Part shown: piece by piece, positions 36,689 through 49,300 of the stretch
Layout: each line of letters opens with the position of its first letter
How positions within the stretch are numbered: the first letter of the stretch is position 1
Source of the DNA: Anthoceros angustus
Taxonomy: Eukaryota > Plantae > Anthocerotophyta
Reading direction: 5' to 3'
Assembly: GCA_010909165.1 (NCBI GenBank)
Contig: MU008178.1
Coordinates: forward strand, 1,101,066-1,165,065
Length of the DNA stretch: 64,000 nt
The notes under the pieces: generated by a model
Databases searched by the model: none
Seen by the model: only the letters and a program-made list of their open reading frames with translations
What the model was told of the DNA's origin: nothing
Position numbers and translations under genes: made by a program

Positions 36689-37571
36689 TGTGGAACGAAG
36701 CATTTTGGTCACCCCGCATAACGGGGAGACTGACGCGTAGATTGGGTAGTAGTTGTTCAGGCAGATAGGTAGTAGGTAGGTCGATAGAAACATGTAGGAA
36801 GATGGTAGGACGTCCGAGGGAGTTCGGACTTAATCGAATCGGCACGTAGGAGGTTCGATCGGGGAAAGTATGGGTAGATAGAAGCATATATAGGCATGAT
36901 AGGTTCCAAAGTTCCTTGGACCATGGGAAGTAGGAATATTCGGGATAAGGAAGTTCCTTGGCCTTCAATTATTTAGATTCCTGGCTATATATGCCAAAAG
37001 GGCTAGTTAAGTTGTAGATGGAAAATAGTGAGTTTTGAACCCATACGCCCATCGTGAGGAGCACATTAAGGCGATTTGCATGTACCGCAAACTTTAGCTG
37101 TGGTTTTGAACGGGCGCCAGCGAACCCGCAGTCGGGCGCCGAGGGGAGGCGGAGTTGCGTCAAGAAGAAGGAAGGCAGTGAGCGGCGCCTTCACTGCAGC
37201 GCTGCAGTCGGAGGGAGCGCGAACTCAAGCGAGGGCGCAGCGGCAGAGCGAGCAAGGAGGCAAGCGATCGGAGGCGAAGAGTCAGCGGAGCGTGCGGAGA
37301 AAGCCGGAGAGGAGTTGAGGGGTTCGCACGGCGGCGGTGGTGCTCGAGCGAGGAGCTAGAGAGGCGGGAAGACCGCAGCCAAGGTGAGAAGGAGGGAGAT
37401 TGAAGGAGCCAAGGCCACCTCTGGCGGTGGTGTGAGGCCGACTGCTGAGGAGCACGGAAGTCTCCCCTTGTCATTATCTCACCCAAACCACCACCTCTTT
37501 GCTCTCCACTCTTAGCCCGATAGATTACTCTCCAATCTCTCCTTTGCTATCCTTGTGTGTGCTCCCCGCGT

Positions 37572-40013
37572 ATGGTGAAAGATAGTGAGGAGGAACGGGG
37601 TACTCCACGGGAGGAAACCTCCACGCCACACCGGCCCACAAGGGAAAAGGTAAGAAACACACCCACCCCGAAGTTCGAGTGTAGGCCGCCCAAATTTCAC
37701 CTCGAGATTTGAGGCGCTCGCCACGCCCGAGATGAAGATGGAATGGTCAGATTGGTACTGGTGGCACTTTGCAGCCCCGCCTTGGTTCGTGTGCGATTTA
37801 ATGAGAGTGACCAAGGCGCGCCACCTGAGGATGCGACAATCAAGTCCATCCCGGATGTGGAAGGTACGGCATTTCCGTGGATACGATTTGATAAGAAGCC
37901 CACAAGGGAGGGATCATTCAGCTCGCCTCCAAGAATCGATCCCGAGGAGGTTATGAGCATGTTCCTACGACCAAAGGAGGAAGTATGGTCGCAAGGCAAT
38001 GGCTGGAGGATCTCTTTGTTCAAGGAGCGAAGTGGAATTTATTCGCCAAGATATGGGGACTAACGGCGCAGGAAGACGACTGGAAATTCCCATTTAATGA
38101 TGATGTATGAGATGTCCTGTGGAAGTTGGTGGATTGGGCCACCATTCAGTATGAACAAAGCTGACCGAAACCATTTGGTGATGGAGGAGCAAGAATCGCT
38201 TTGTCTCTACCTTCCTCGACACCTATATCGAGGGAGGAGGTTCTTACCGACGATGGAAGAAGCCAAGATAGAAGCTACTGTGAGGGTAGCGGAAGGAGAG
38301 CCACCGGCCCCAGAGGATGAAGAGAGATGAGGCCCCGGGCAAGAGACCGCCACGCCCGCGAACCAACATGAGGCCTCGTGATCGTGAACCCAACAAGAGA
38401 AGGAAGAAGGCCATAGAAGCACCTCCTACGAAGAAGGAGGAAAGGATACGAGACCACCTACCGAGGGTTGAGGATTGGAGGCCGACAACACCAAAGGGAG
38501 TGAACCCCAGAGGGACCTGTGGAGGACGGAGGACCTACGGTGAGCTTTACCTCCCACCAAGAAGTAGTAACAAGACTTGGAGGCGTGTGAAGAACGCCGA
38601 GGAACGTTGGTGACCTACGCACCAGGAGGAGCGAGGAAGTCGAGAATGGCATCCCATGAGGGTAGTTGCCGAGTCAAGGAAGTGGGCAGGATCTATGGAC
38701 GCCCTAGTGGACCGTGTGGGAGGTGGCCAAGTTCGTGAACTTCGAGACCTACGAAAGGAGCCGGAGGATGCCGAGAAGAAATTGAGAGGAGCTCAAAACC
38801 ACCTCCGAGAAGCAACACTGCTAGATCCGCCAAAGAGCGACAGATGACCACCAAGTTGGTGAATGTGTGGAAATGATTGACGTCTTAGGACAGAGGCAAA
38901 ATCAGCCAAGAGGGCGAGGAGTTGGAAACCGCCAGAAGGAGGCATGAAAGTTGGAAGCTACCCTAGCAAGGGTAGGACACATCGAACGCAGCAAGGAGGA
39001 GGCGATCTCTAGCAAGGCCCGGGGACCTTGAAGACGAAGGACCTCCTACGAAGAAGAAGTTGCCATGGAGCAACGGAAGGAGCATTACAAGGGAAAATAC
39101 GCCTTGGTGAAGGAACGACAAGGATGGGACAATGTGACTAAGGGTCACAAAGAGGAGCTTCAGACACGAGAGAACTTTTGGAGCAGAACGCAAGAAGGCC
39201 GACGACCTTACCCACGCCTATGAGACGGAGGCAAGGAACGCCGGAAGGAAGTTTTGATGGCCCAACGATCTTTGGAGGGTCTTGTGTCATTCGAGGAGCA
39301 AAGGCGATCACCGCCATAGTGAAACGCATGGCGATGGAAGCCATGGAGAAAGATAAGGAGATTGGGAGGCTTGCCCCGAGTTGGAGGAGAGTGGAGAAAG
39401 AGGCCGCATTGGTAGGAGTGACAAATCAGCCGGTGGGACGAAAAGGCCATCCCACTAAGGGTCCGCATCATGGACGCACAAAAGAAGGAGAGTGGTAGGG
39501 TGGCGACCTACTACAACAACCTCCTAGAAGCGATTGAGGAACGCTACAGTGAGGAAGAAAAGAAACAGACTCACCGCTCGACGCCAAGTGGAATGGCACC
39601 GGAGGTCAAACTTTGAGTTGGTACAAGGAAAGCAGCCGGGCCGGACATAGCCGAACGAGGTCAAGAAGCACCTACAGAGAACCTCCGAGACGGTGGAGCT
39701 ACTGCGGGAGGAAGAGACCGATGGTAGGATGGTTTTACCAAGTTCCTACTGTAGGAACCTGAAGAGGAGGAGGCCCAAGGAAGGGTACCTCCGGCCTAAA
39801 ACCAGCTGAGGGAGGAAGGTACCCCATAGCAAGATCCGAAACAGAGGTAGGAGACGAACCGCCTACCAAGAAGACGAGAACAGAGGGGAGGAACCCATCG
39901 AGGATGAATGAGTAGGAGGAATGGAACCTCCTACCTCAGTGGAAGACCTACCAAATGAGGGGGCCGACGAGGCGCTACCCATAGTCCTCGAGAAGACTCG
40001 GAGGTGGGCATAA
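37572..40013 (+). pseudogene. LTR-embedded ORF, 5' copy (frameshifted)
   Basis: MVKIVRRNGVLP..PPRIDPEEVMSMFLRPKEEVWSQGNGWRISLFKER..VDWATI.., then coiled-coil and acidic tail; purine-rich coding-like composition. The end is approximate. Confidence 0.7.
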
Positions 40014-40276
40014 GCGACCCATCAAGGGGAAGACATTGAAGGCGAGGCGAACAAAAAGCGAACGAGGATGTCGTAGGACCTTTTCAAGAGGACGTTTTGT
40101 CCCAAGTGGTGCACACCTTGGGAAGTGTGAGTATTTAAGAGTGAAGATAGATGACAGGATATTCGGTCAAGGTGAGCTGGATCGAGCCGAGAGGACGAAC
40201 GCAAGGCAAGAGTCCTATTGTTGGACTTGGCAAGTCGCCTAGCATTAAACTAGCACGAGTGGCTCGACTCCCCACC

Positions 40277-40283
40277 TATAAAA
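40277..40283 (+). promoter_or_regulatory. Candidate LTR TATA box (copy at 49943-49949)
   Basis: CCTATAAAAG is conserved in both LTRs, with AATAAA ~25 bp downstream. Confidence 0.5.
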
Positions 40284-40970
40284 GGGAGGGTGGAAGAATG
40301 AATAAACACCGACCTTGCTTTGTCATGCATTCTTCTTCGCCTCCGCATCCCTTTGTGTGTGTGCGTTGCTGACCGCCGCCAAGCGACGAAGGCGAAGGGT
40401 GGGTTCGCCGGAGGCCCTCGCGGTGGGTTCGCCAACGCAGCTCCTCCTCTCGTGAAAGATTGTTGTTGGATGTGCTTTGTGTGCTGGGGGTGGCCTCAGG
40501 ATGGCGCCGACTACGCCACGTGTTCGCACGCAATCGCCGAGAGAAATACCACTAGTCCACCCTGTGCAGCAGGCAAGGGAGGCGTAAAACCGCGAACGCT
40601 AAGTAGTAGAGTTAGATTTGGGGATCGAATGAAGTGAGTCCGTATGGTCTGTGAGCTATGTTTCTTTTGAGAATGGTGAAGAGGTTGGCTATGGGTGTGT
40701 CCAGAGTGAATTGATCCAGAAGGCGAGAGAGTGTTGAGGTGGAGGGAATCTCGAAGGCGTGGAGCGCGGGCCGATAACCCAAACGCATAACACCGCTTTG
40801 TTGCCCACACCGAGGACAAGTAGACCGGGGAATGATGAGAGCGAGAGAGTGAGAGGAACGACGCAACAATCCGAACCAAATCTCTTGGGATCGAACCTAC
40901 GATTCAACGACTGTGGATAAGTGTGGCCACCGAGGCGAGCTCCGTGACCGAGGCAAACCTACCACATTTT

Positions 40971-40984
40971 TGGCGCTGCTCGGG
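40971..40984 (+). other. Gypsy primer binding site (tRNA-Asp-like, Athila type)
   Basis: TGGCGCTGCTCGGG follows the LTR and resembles TGGCGCCGTTGCCGGG. Confidence 0.7.
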
Positions 40985-41659
40985 ATTTGCTGTTTGAGGA
41001 TTGTGTGTGAGTGAATGATGATAGAGGGAGTAAACGGGACATTGCGGTGTCCCCCTTTCAACTCGCGAAAGGGCGCGGAAGGATGAGTATCGACGCGAGG
41101 AGGCAATCCCGGAGAGGTTAGCCGAGCCATCGCGGGGAGAGGAGGTAAGCACAAGCCGGGCGAAGCTCGCTACCGAGGAAGAAAGTACGCACAACGACCG
41201 TCACCACGCTTAGGTCTCGATTGTTTTGCGGAGAAAGGTCCGACAGCGCCTACCCCACGGACGGGAGCCGGTGGTACTTTGGAACATCAAGAAGACAGAG
41301 GAACCAAGAACGGAGGCCGAGCTCATTTCTTTGCAACCCTTCGAGAGGTCACGACGGAGTTAGCACCCACGAACGGTGTGAAGGACTCGAGAGGGAAGTA
41401 GGTGGTCCCGCCGCTACCACCGTCCGAACGCACTGCATCCTCTCTCGACACCTTAGAAGATTTTTCGACTCGAGCCCCGAGAAACGCCTTGTTTGATGAG
41501 ATCACCTCCTGAGGGGAGTCAACGAGCGACACGCTGAATTTGTTACCGAGAGCTCGGAGGCAGCCATACGGGCGGCGTTGATCGCACGGGAGCAAAGGAT
41601 TGGGACACTTACAATCGACAATATCTCGATCATTTGGCTCGACAGCGGCGCTAGCGAGG

Positions 41660-44600
41660 CGCCGCGAGAGAAGAAGCAAGAATTGTGGGAGCCGATAAGA
41701 CACAATCAAGTCCACAACCCGAGCAAGAGCTGCCCGAGTTACTCTTCAGTGACGACTCTCTCGAGATCGACACCTTTGCCCATAGCCATGATGGAGCGGA
41801 GGAGCGACAGGAGGAGCAAGCCCCATCACCCGCAAGCCATATCCCAAATTTGGATCCAAGAAGGAGGACGACATCGATGCCGAAAGTTTTTGTAAAACTT
41901 TTCAATCCATCTCGAGGGCTAACATCGAGGATTCCTCGGATCGGGTACGATTTTTCCAGATCATGAGGACCGCGCAACAATGGTATGCCGAAGTTCTCTA
42001 CCCCACCCACCATTGGTTGCGAGCTGATTTCTTATTCGTTGTGGTTTGAGCCACACTACCCATGTGTTAACAAACTTCGACTCAAGCAAGAAGAAAGAAT
42101 CCTTGCTCGATTATGTGGAACGGTTTTACGCTCGGAGAAGATACCGAGTGGACAACACGGAGGAGAATCACAAGCGTATTCGGAAGAACAAGCGTTGGAT
42201 TGGGTCTGTGGACTACCACGAAGATGGAGATTCACCGCCGCAGGGCAATGATACCTTGGAGGAAGGCATTCGAGCAAGCATGGGGAGGCCGCCTACGGGA
42301 GGAGAAGAGGAAGAACGAGTGGCAAGAGGAAGAAAGGAAGAGACATCGCTTCAAGTTCGTCAGAAGAATCGACGTCTGAAGACACTCAGTCGGAACCATC
42401 ATCATCTGAAGAGAATTCAACATCTGGGACGGATGATAGCGAATCGGAAGAAGCACATCATAAGCGAGTGAAAAAGACTTGGAACATTTGCTGAAGAAGA
42501 AGGAGAGAGACAAGAGAAACGCCACGAAGGTTTCAGAGAAGGGAAAAGGGAGACGAATGGAAGGGCGTCCGCCAAGACAATTTGGAAGATGATGAAACGG
42601 CGCGTGACATCGAGATCAAATTAGTCAAGAATCGACCGACGACGATCTCCTTCCTACCCTACAGAAGTCTTTTGTAGCAATTGTCATCACGCCATACGCA
42701 CGACCGTGAATGTGCCTCAAGACACGATGGGTCAATCGTGGAGTACGATCTAGACCCATACTATTCGTGAGAGGAGGTGTATCGATGCGTGCCGTGACAG
42801 AGCTCGACCTCAATCCATGAGAGCCACCTATCAACCGATCACCCAAAGGGATGAGGTATGGTCCAAGGCAAGCAATCGCGAATCAATGGAGACCGAATCC
42901 TCTCAACGACCCAATGTACCGCCGGTATACAACTGGGCGGATCATTATGCGCATGTCCGTAACTAAGGCGGCAGATTGGGTACACTTCCGTCAGTGCAAG
43001 GCGCCGGACATATAGCGGAGATGCAAGATGTACGGGCCCAAGACCATTCTGCACTGTGGGGTACGATTCGCTAACCGGGTGACAGAGGAGATTCCACCAA
43101 ACCCAGAATGCTCTCGTGCCCACCCCCAGACAGGGAAGTAGAAGACGCGAACGTGGGGAGAGGAAGGAGAGGAGCAAGAAGGCGAATGGTTGGAAGTGCA
43201 GTGAGTGGACTCGGCATATATCCGGAGAAGACGAGTTGGTCGCACGCCGCCGGCCAAGACGAAGGAGACGACACCTCGACAAGGAGAATGCTCGGAAGTT
43301 GGCGGAGATGGGCAATCCGAGCGAAAGAAAAGAAGAATGCCGAGGAAGTGACATGAGAGATGAAGAAACGGCCGAGACCGGGCCGAGGGAGGGCGGTCCA
43401 AAGGCTTCAATTCACACCGACATCACCAGAGGTGGCGGGCATGCTCGATGCCGAATTACTAAACTCACTCAGCGAAGAAACATGCACCCGTAAACCATGG
43501 GTCCAGGGGAGTGATGACAAAGATGGAGGTTACCGAAGAAGGAGTAATCGCTGGAGGAGAAGAAGACCCTCTCACCGAGAAGGTCACCGCTTTGCGTAAT
43601 CTGCTGGATCAAGAATTCCTTGTGACATTTCGACAACTCTTGTCCGACAACCCCAAGTATCGACGATGATGCGAGAAGCGGCGAAAGGGACTCACCGGCG
43701 TAAAACCGTAAACGAATCGGATGTACGAGTTGTGGAACTCATGGATTTGGGTGCCGGTGAAATATCGGAACGGATGCTTGATAAGGCGGTACCATCGACT
43801 CGGTGTGGGTTAACTGATGATGGAAGAAACGGCCAGCAAACTAGGATACACCAAGTTCGAGGACACGCACCATTCTTCGAATGGCGGATCGACGCGGCGA
43901 CTGGGGTACCGCGATACCCACTAACATTGGAGGCATTGTTTTCCTTTGACTTATGTGGTCATGCGACCAGCCCCGGGGTATCAAGTGTTGATAGGGAGGC
44001 CATGGCTATACACGCAAAAGCCGCCTTGATTGGGGAAGAAGGAAGATCGCTCAAGGGCATGCCGTTGGCTCATGCCTGTGAGTCGGAGCAAGGAAACCTA
44101 TGAAGGGAAACTAATCCCTCACCGAGGAGTACACCTCCGAGGTTGGGGAGGAGACAGGGAGAGGAAAATTCTTCGATCGATGATCAAACGTATTGTCTGC
44201 TGCGACGGCTTCCAAGTCGAGATAGAAGAAGAATCGAGTACAATGGAGAAGGGACGGAGAAGCATCCTTGGATAAGCCGACAATGAAGATTTTCCGGATG
44301 AAGGAACGCATTACTGGAAGTTGTCCGGACGGACCAAAGGGATCCGGAGCCTTAGAGGAAATGGAGCTGGCCCGGAAGAAAGTCATGATATGCGTGCATC
44401 CGCGAACAAGAGAAGAAATTGAGAGGAGCTCAAAACCACCTCCGAGAAGCAACAGGGAAAGTTCGGTCCGTCAGATTTCGTGAAGTTGAATGAGGCAACT
44501 AAGAAAGACCATCACCCTTGCCGCTTATGGATAGTGTATTGGACACGCAGGCATGAGATGTACAGCTTAGACGGGTATTCGTGGATACAATCGATCACTC

Positions 44601-46310
44601 GAGAAAGGAAGATCGTGACAAAACAACGCTTACCATCGATTGGGACATTTGCATATGCCAAATTACCCTTTGGTCTTTGCAATGCCCCTGCCACCTTTCA
44701 CAGAGTAGTGAATACCATTTTCCGAGAGTACCTGAGGAAGTTCATGGAAGTATTTCTGGATGACTTTTGTGTGTTTGGGAAGAGGAGCCTGCACTTGAGA
44801 CACCTTCGCCAGTGCTTACAGAAGTGTAGAGAAACCAATTTGAAGTTACACCCAAGCAAATGTTATTTCGGAATGACAGAAGGAATCCTACTGGCACATC
44901 GTGTTTCGAAGCGAGGTTTGGAGGTAGATAGGGAAAAGGTCGTAGTTATCACAGAGATGGATGCTCCGGAAACGAGGCAAGTTCGAGCCTTCATAGGCTT
45001 GGTGGGATACTACAGGAGATTCATCATTGATTTTGCGAAGAAGGCAAGACCTCTCACGCAACTATCAAGAAAGATGTTCCTTTTGATCGGACCGAGCGAA
45101 GCGTTTAAGTTTGAAAAGAGCTGGGGCACCGTGATTGCAACCCCCAACCGGGAAGAACCTTTTCATGTCTTTGTGGATGTATCACCTATGCCATAGGGGC
45201 CATCCCGAGTCAACGTGATGGAAGAAGCATGATAGGCCGATCTTCTATGGACGCCAACTTTCGGATGCGTAACGGAACTACTCCACGATCGAAAGAGAAG
45301 CTCTTGGCATCATCTATTCTCGCAAGAAATTTCGACACTATCTGCCGGCAAAGTTGTGTTCCATGTGGACCATTTCGCATTGAAGTACTTGGTAAACAAA
45401 CCCGATCTATCCGGACGAATCGCGATGGATACCAAGTAGCAGGAATTATGAGGTGGAAACATGAAGCAACATGTGAACGCTTCATTTCGACTAATGAAGG
45501 GAAGCGTCACCACCGAACGATAAGTTCCCGGATGAGGAGTTGGAGTAGCGTCGAAAGCATGATCGAAAGACGCAGAGGGGAGGCACCGCAGAAGGACGGA
45601 TCGAGAAACGGCGAGCTGGGACTCCGGATATCGCGAGCATCGAGAACCGGAGGGGACGCCACAGACCAAGGACTACGCAACCGACGTAAACCCCGTGACC
45701 GTAAGGAGAAGGTGGAGGGGCGCGTGTCCACGACACTCATCAACGCCGAGTCGAGGTATTTAGAGCATGGGGAGTTGCCGGTTTATCAAGGAAGGAGTTC
45801 GATTCATACACAAGGCACCATATTGCATCGCAAGGAGTATTGTACAAATTGGGAGCCGATGAGGTGATTCAAGATGTAGGGGAATGAGAAAGCCATGGAG
45901 AAGGTGACCACAAGAAGACATACTATCTCGACATACGATGTCACCCGTAATGCGAGAATTTGAGGTACCAACGATAGAATTATGGAAGATGAGCGAATGA
46001 CGGTGGAAGATAGTGAACAAGCAAGGTTGGAAGAATTTGCGAGGCATGAGGAAACTAGGGACGATGCCTTAGAGGAGACACAGCGAGTACAGGAACAGAG
46101 GAAGGAGAGGCACGATGGGAGGCTTCAGACCTAGTAGCGGAGACTTGGTGCTCCTTTACGATAGTAGGTATTTAGATTTTTCCCGGAAGCTACGATGGAT
46201 GGGGCCTATGCGGGTTGTATCTATGAAAATGGGTCTCGCTTGGAAAGTTTCATGGGGAACTACTTCCTCAGAGTGAATGGGTGGAAGATCAAGAAGTACT
46301 TTACACTGAG
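41660..46310 (+). pseudogene. pol: Gypsy gag-pol: gag, protease, RT (44455-44960), RNase H (~45160-45450), integrase remnants
   Basis: LKQEE.ESLLDYVERF, LNEATKKDH, LPFGLCNAPATFHR, MEVFLDDFCVFG, VRAFIGLVGYYRRFI and LKYLVNKPDLSGRIARW. Confidence 0.9.
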
Positions 46311-46342
46311 GATGTTTGCGCAAACAAATGGGGAGAGGAGCA

Positions 46343-49300
46343 TGTGGAACGAAGAATTTTGGTCACCCACGCGGGAGAGACGCGTAGATGGATGGGTAGT
46401 TGTTCGTGTAGGTAGTAGGTAGGTCGATAAACAGTAGGAAGATGGTAGGACGTCCGAGGGAGTTCGGACTTAATCGAATCGGGCGCATCTGTAGGAGGTT
46501 CGATCCGTAGAAGTATGGGTAGATAGAAGCATATATAGGCATGATAGGTTCCAGAAAGTTCCTTGGACCATGGGAGTAGGAATATTCGGGGATAGGAAGT
46601 TCCTTGGCAATTATTTAGGTTCGCATGGCTATATATGCCAAAAAGGGCTAGTTAAGTTGTAGATGGAAAATAGCTACAGGAGTTTTGAACCGGACACGTG
46701 GCGCCCATCGGAGGAGCCATTAAGGCGATTTGCATGTACCGCAAATCGGTTAGCCGGTTTTGAACGGCGCAGTCGGCGGACCGAGGGGAGTAAGTGAGTT
46801 GCGCTCGAGGAAGGCGAGTGAGCGGGCGCCGCGGGCGCGCGCGCCGCGGGCGCGCGGGCGGCGCGCGCGGGCGCGCGGCGCGCGGGCGCGCGGCGCGCGG
46901 GCGGCGCGCGGGCGCGCGCGCGCGGGCGCGCGGCGCGGGCGCGCGGGCGCGCGGGCGCGAGGAGGTGCTCGGAGGAGCTTGTTGGAGAGGCGAAGGAAGA
47001 GCGAGCGTGAAGGGCGGAGAAGCTGGAGGGGAGATTGAAGGGGCCAAGGCCACCTCTTGGTGGTGTGTGAGGCGACTGCCGAGGAGCACGGAAGCTCCCC
47101 TTGCTGTCTCACCCAAACCACCACCTCTTTCTCCACTCTCTTAGCCCGATAGATTACCTCCAATCTCCAATTTTGCTATCCTTGTGTGTGCTCCCTGCGA
47201 TGGTGAAGATAGTGAGGAGGAACGGGGTACTCCCACGGGAGGAAACCTCCCCGCCACACCCACAAAGGGAAAAGGTAAGAAACACCCAATTAGTTCGAGT
47301 GTAGGCCGCCCAAATTTCACCTCGAGATTTGAGGCGCTCGCCACGCGCCCGAGATGAAGATGGAATGGTCAGATTTGGTACTGGGTGGCACTGCAGCCCC
47401 GCCTTGGTTCGTGGAGTGTGCGATTTAATGAGAGTGACCAAGGCGACGGCCAATCCGGAGGATGCGACAATCAAGTCATCCCGGGATGTGGAAGGTACGC
47501 ATTTGTGGATACGATTTGATACCGGAAGCCCACAAGGGAGGGATCATTCGCGCTTCAGTTCCAAGAATCGATCCGGAGGAGGTTATGAGTATGTTCCTAC
47601 GACCAAAGGAGGAAGTATGGTCGCAAGGCAATGGCTGGAGGATCTCTTTGTTCAAGGAGCGGAAGTGGAATTTATTCGCCAAGATATGGCAGGACTAACG
47701 CTGCAGGAAGACGACTGGAAATTCCCATTTAATGATGATGAGATGTCCTGTGGAAGTTGGTGGATTGGGCCACCATTCTCAGTATGAACAAAGGTTGCAC
47801 GAACCATTTGGTGATGGAGGGAGCAAGAATCGCTTTGTCTCTACCTTCCTCGTACACCTATATCGAGGGAGGAGGTTCTTACCGACGAGTGGAAGAAGCC
47901 AAGATAGAAGCTACTGTGAGGTGGAAGGGGAGCCATCGGCCCTGTGAGGATGAAGACAGATGCAGGCCCCGGGCAAGAGACCGCCACGCCTGAACCAACA
48001 TGAGGCCTCGTGATCGAACCCAACAAGAGAAAGGGAAAAAGGCCATAGAAGCACCTCCTACGGAGGAAGGAGGAAAGGATACGAGACCACCTACCAGCGG
48101 GTTGAGGATTGGTAGGCCGACAACACCAGTGGTAGGGAGTGAACCCCCTACGGTAGGACCCAGGGAAGACGGAGGACCTACGGTAAGAGCTTTACCTCCT
48201 ACCAAAGAAGTAGTAACAGAACTTGTTAGCCCAATGGAGGCAGGTGACGGAGAAGAACGCCGAGGAACGTTGGTGACCTACGCACCAACAGGAGGAGCAG
48301 AGGGTGAGGAGCGCATCCTCACAGAGGGTAGTTGCCGAGTCAAGGAAGTGGGCGCAGGATCTATGGACGCCCTAGTGGACCGTGTGGAGGTGGCCAAGTT
48401 CGGCCGAACTCGAGACCTACGAAAGGAGCCGGAGGATGCCGAGAAGAAATTGAGAGGAGCTCAAAACCACCTCCGAGAAGCAACACTGCGCTAGATCCGC
48501 CAAAGAGCGACAGATGACCACCAAGTTGGTGAATGTGGGAAATGATTGACCAGTCTTAGGTGAGGCAAAATCAGCCAAGAGGGCGAGGAGTTGGAAACCG
48601 CCAGAAGGAGGCAAGGAAAGTTGGAAGCTACCCTAGCAAGGGTAGGACACATCGAACGCAGCAAGGAGGAGGCAGATTCACTAGCAAGGCCGGACCTTGA
48701 AGACGAGAAGGACCTCCTACGAAGAGAAGAAGTTGCCATGGAGCAACGGAAGGAGCATTACAAGGGAAAATACGAGCTTGGTGAAGAACGACAAGGATGG
48801 GACAATGTGACTAAGGGTCACAAAGAGGAGCTCAGACACGAGAGAACTTTTGGAGCAAAGAACGAAGAAGGCCGACGACCTTACCCACGCCTATGAGAGA
48901 GGCAAGGAACCGGAAGGAAGTTTTGATGGCCCAACGATCTTTGGAGGGTCTTGTCATTCGAGGAGCAAAGTAGGCGATCCATAGTGAAACGCATGGCGAT
49001 GGAAGCCATGGAGAAAGATAAGGAGATTGGAGGCTTGCCTCGGAGTTGGAGGAGCGGTAGTGGAGAAAGAGGCCGCATTGGTAGGAGTGACAAAATCAGC
49101 CGGTGGGACGAAAAGGCCATCCCACTAAGGGTCCGCATCATGGACGACAAAAGAAGGAGAGTGGTAGGGTGGCGACCTACTACAACAACCTCCTGGAAGC
49201 GATTGAGGAACGCCATGCTGAGGAAGAAAGAAACAGACCTCACCGCTCGACGCCAAGTGGAATGGCAACCGGAGGTCAAAACTTTGAGTTGGTACAAGGA

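Larger units (their letters stand above)
36689..40966 (+). repeat. Gypsy 5' LTR (4278 bp)
   Basis: Starts TGTGGAACGAAG, ends CAAACCTACCACA; colinear with 46343-50633. Confidence 0.95.

Noticed and set aside
46810-46960. Arg/Ala-rich ORFs over a pure GC run
   Set aside because: The equivalent part of the 5' LTR (~37170-37345) has normal A/T content, so this is most likely a consensus artefact and not a gene.
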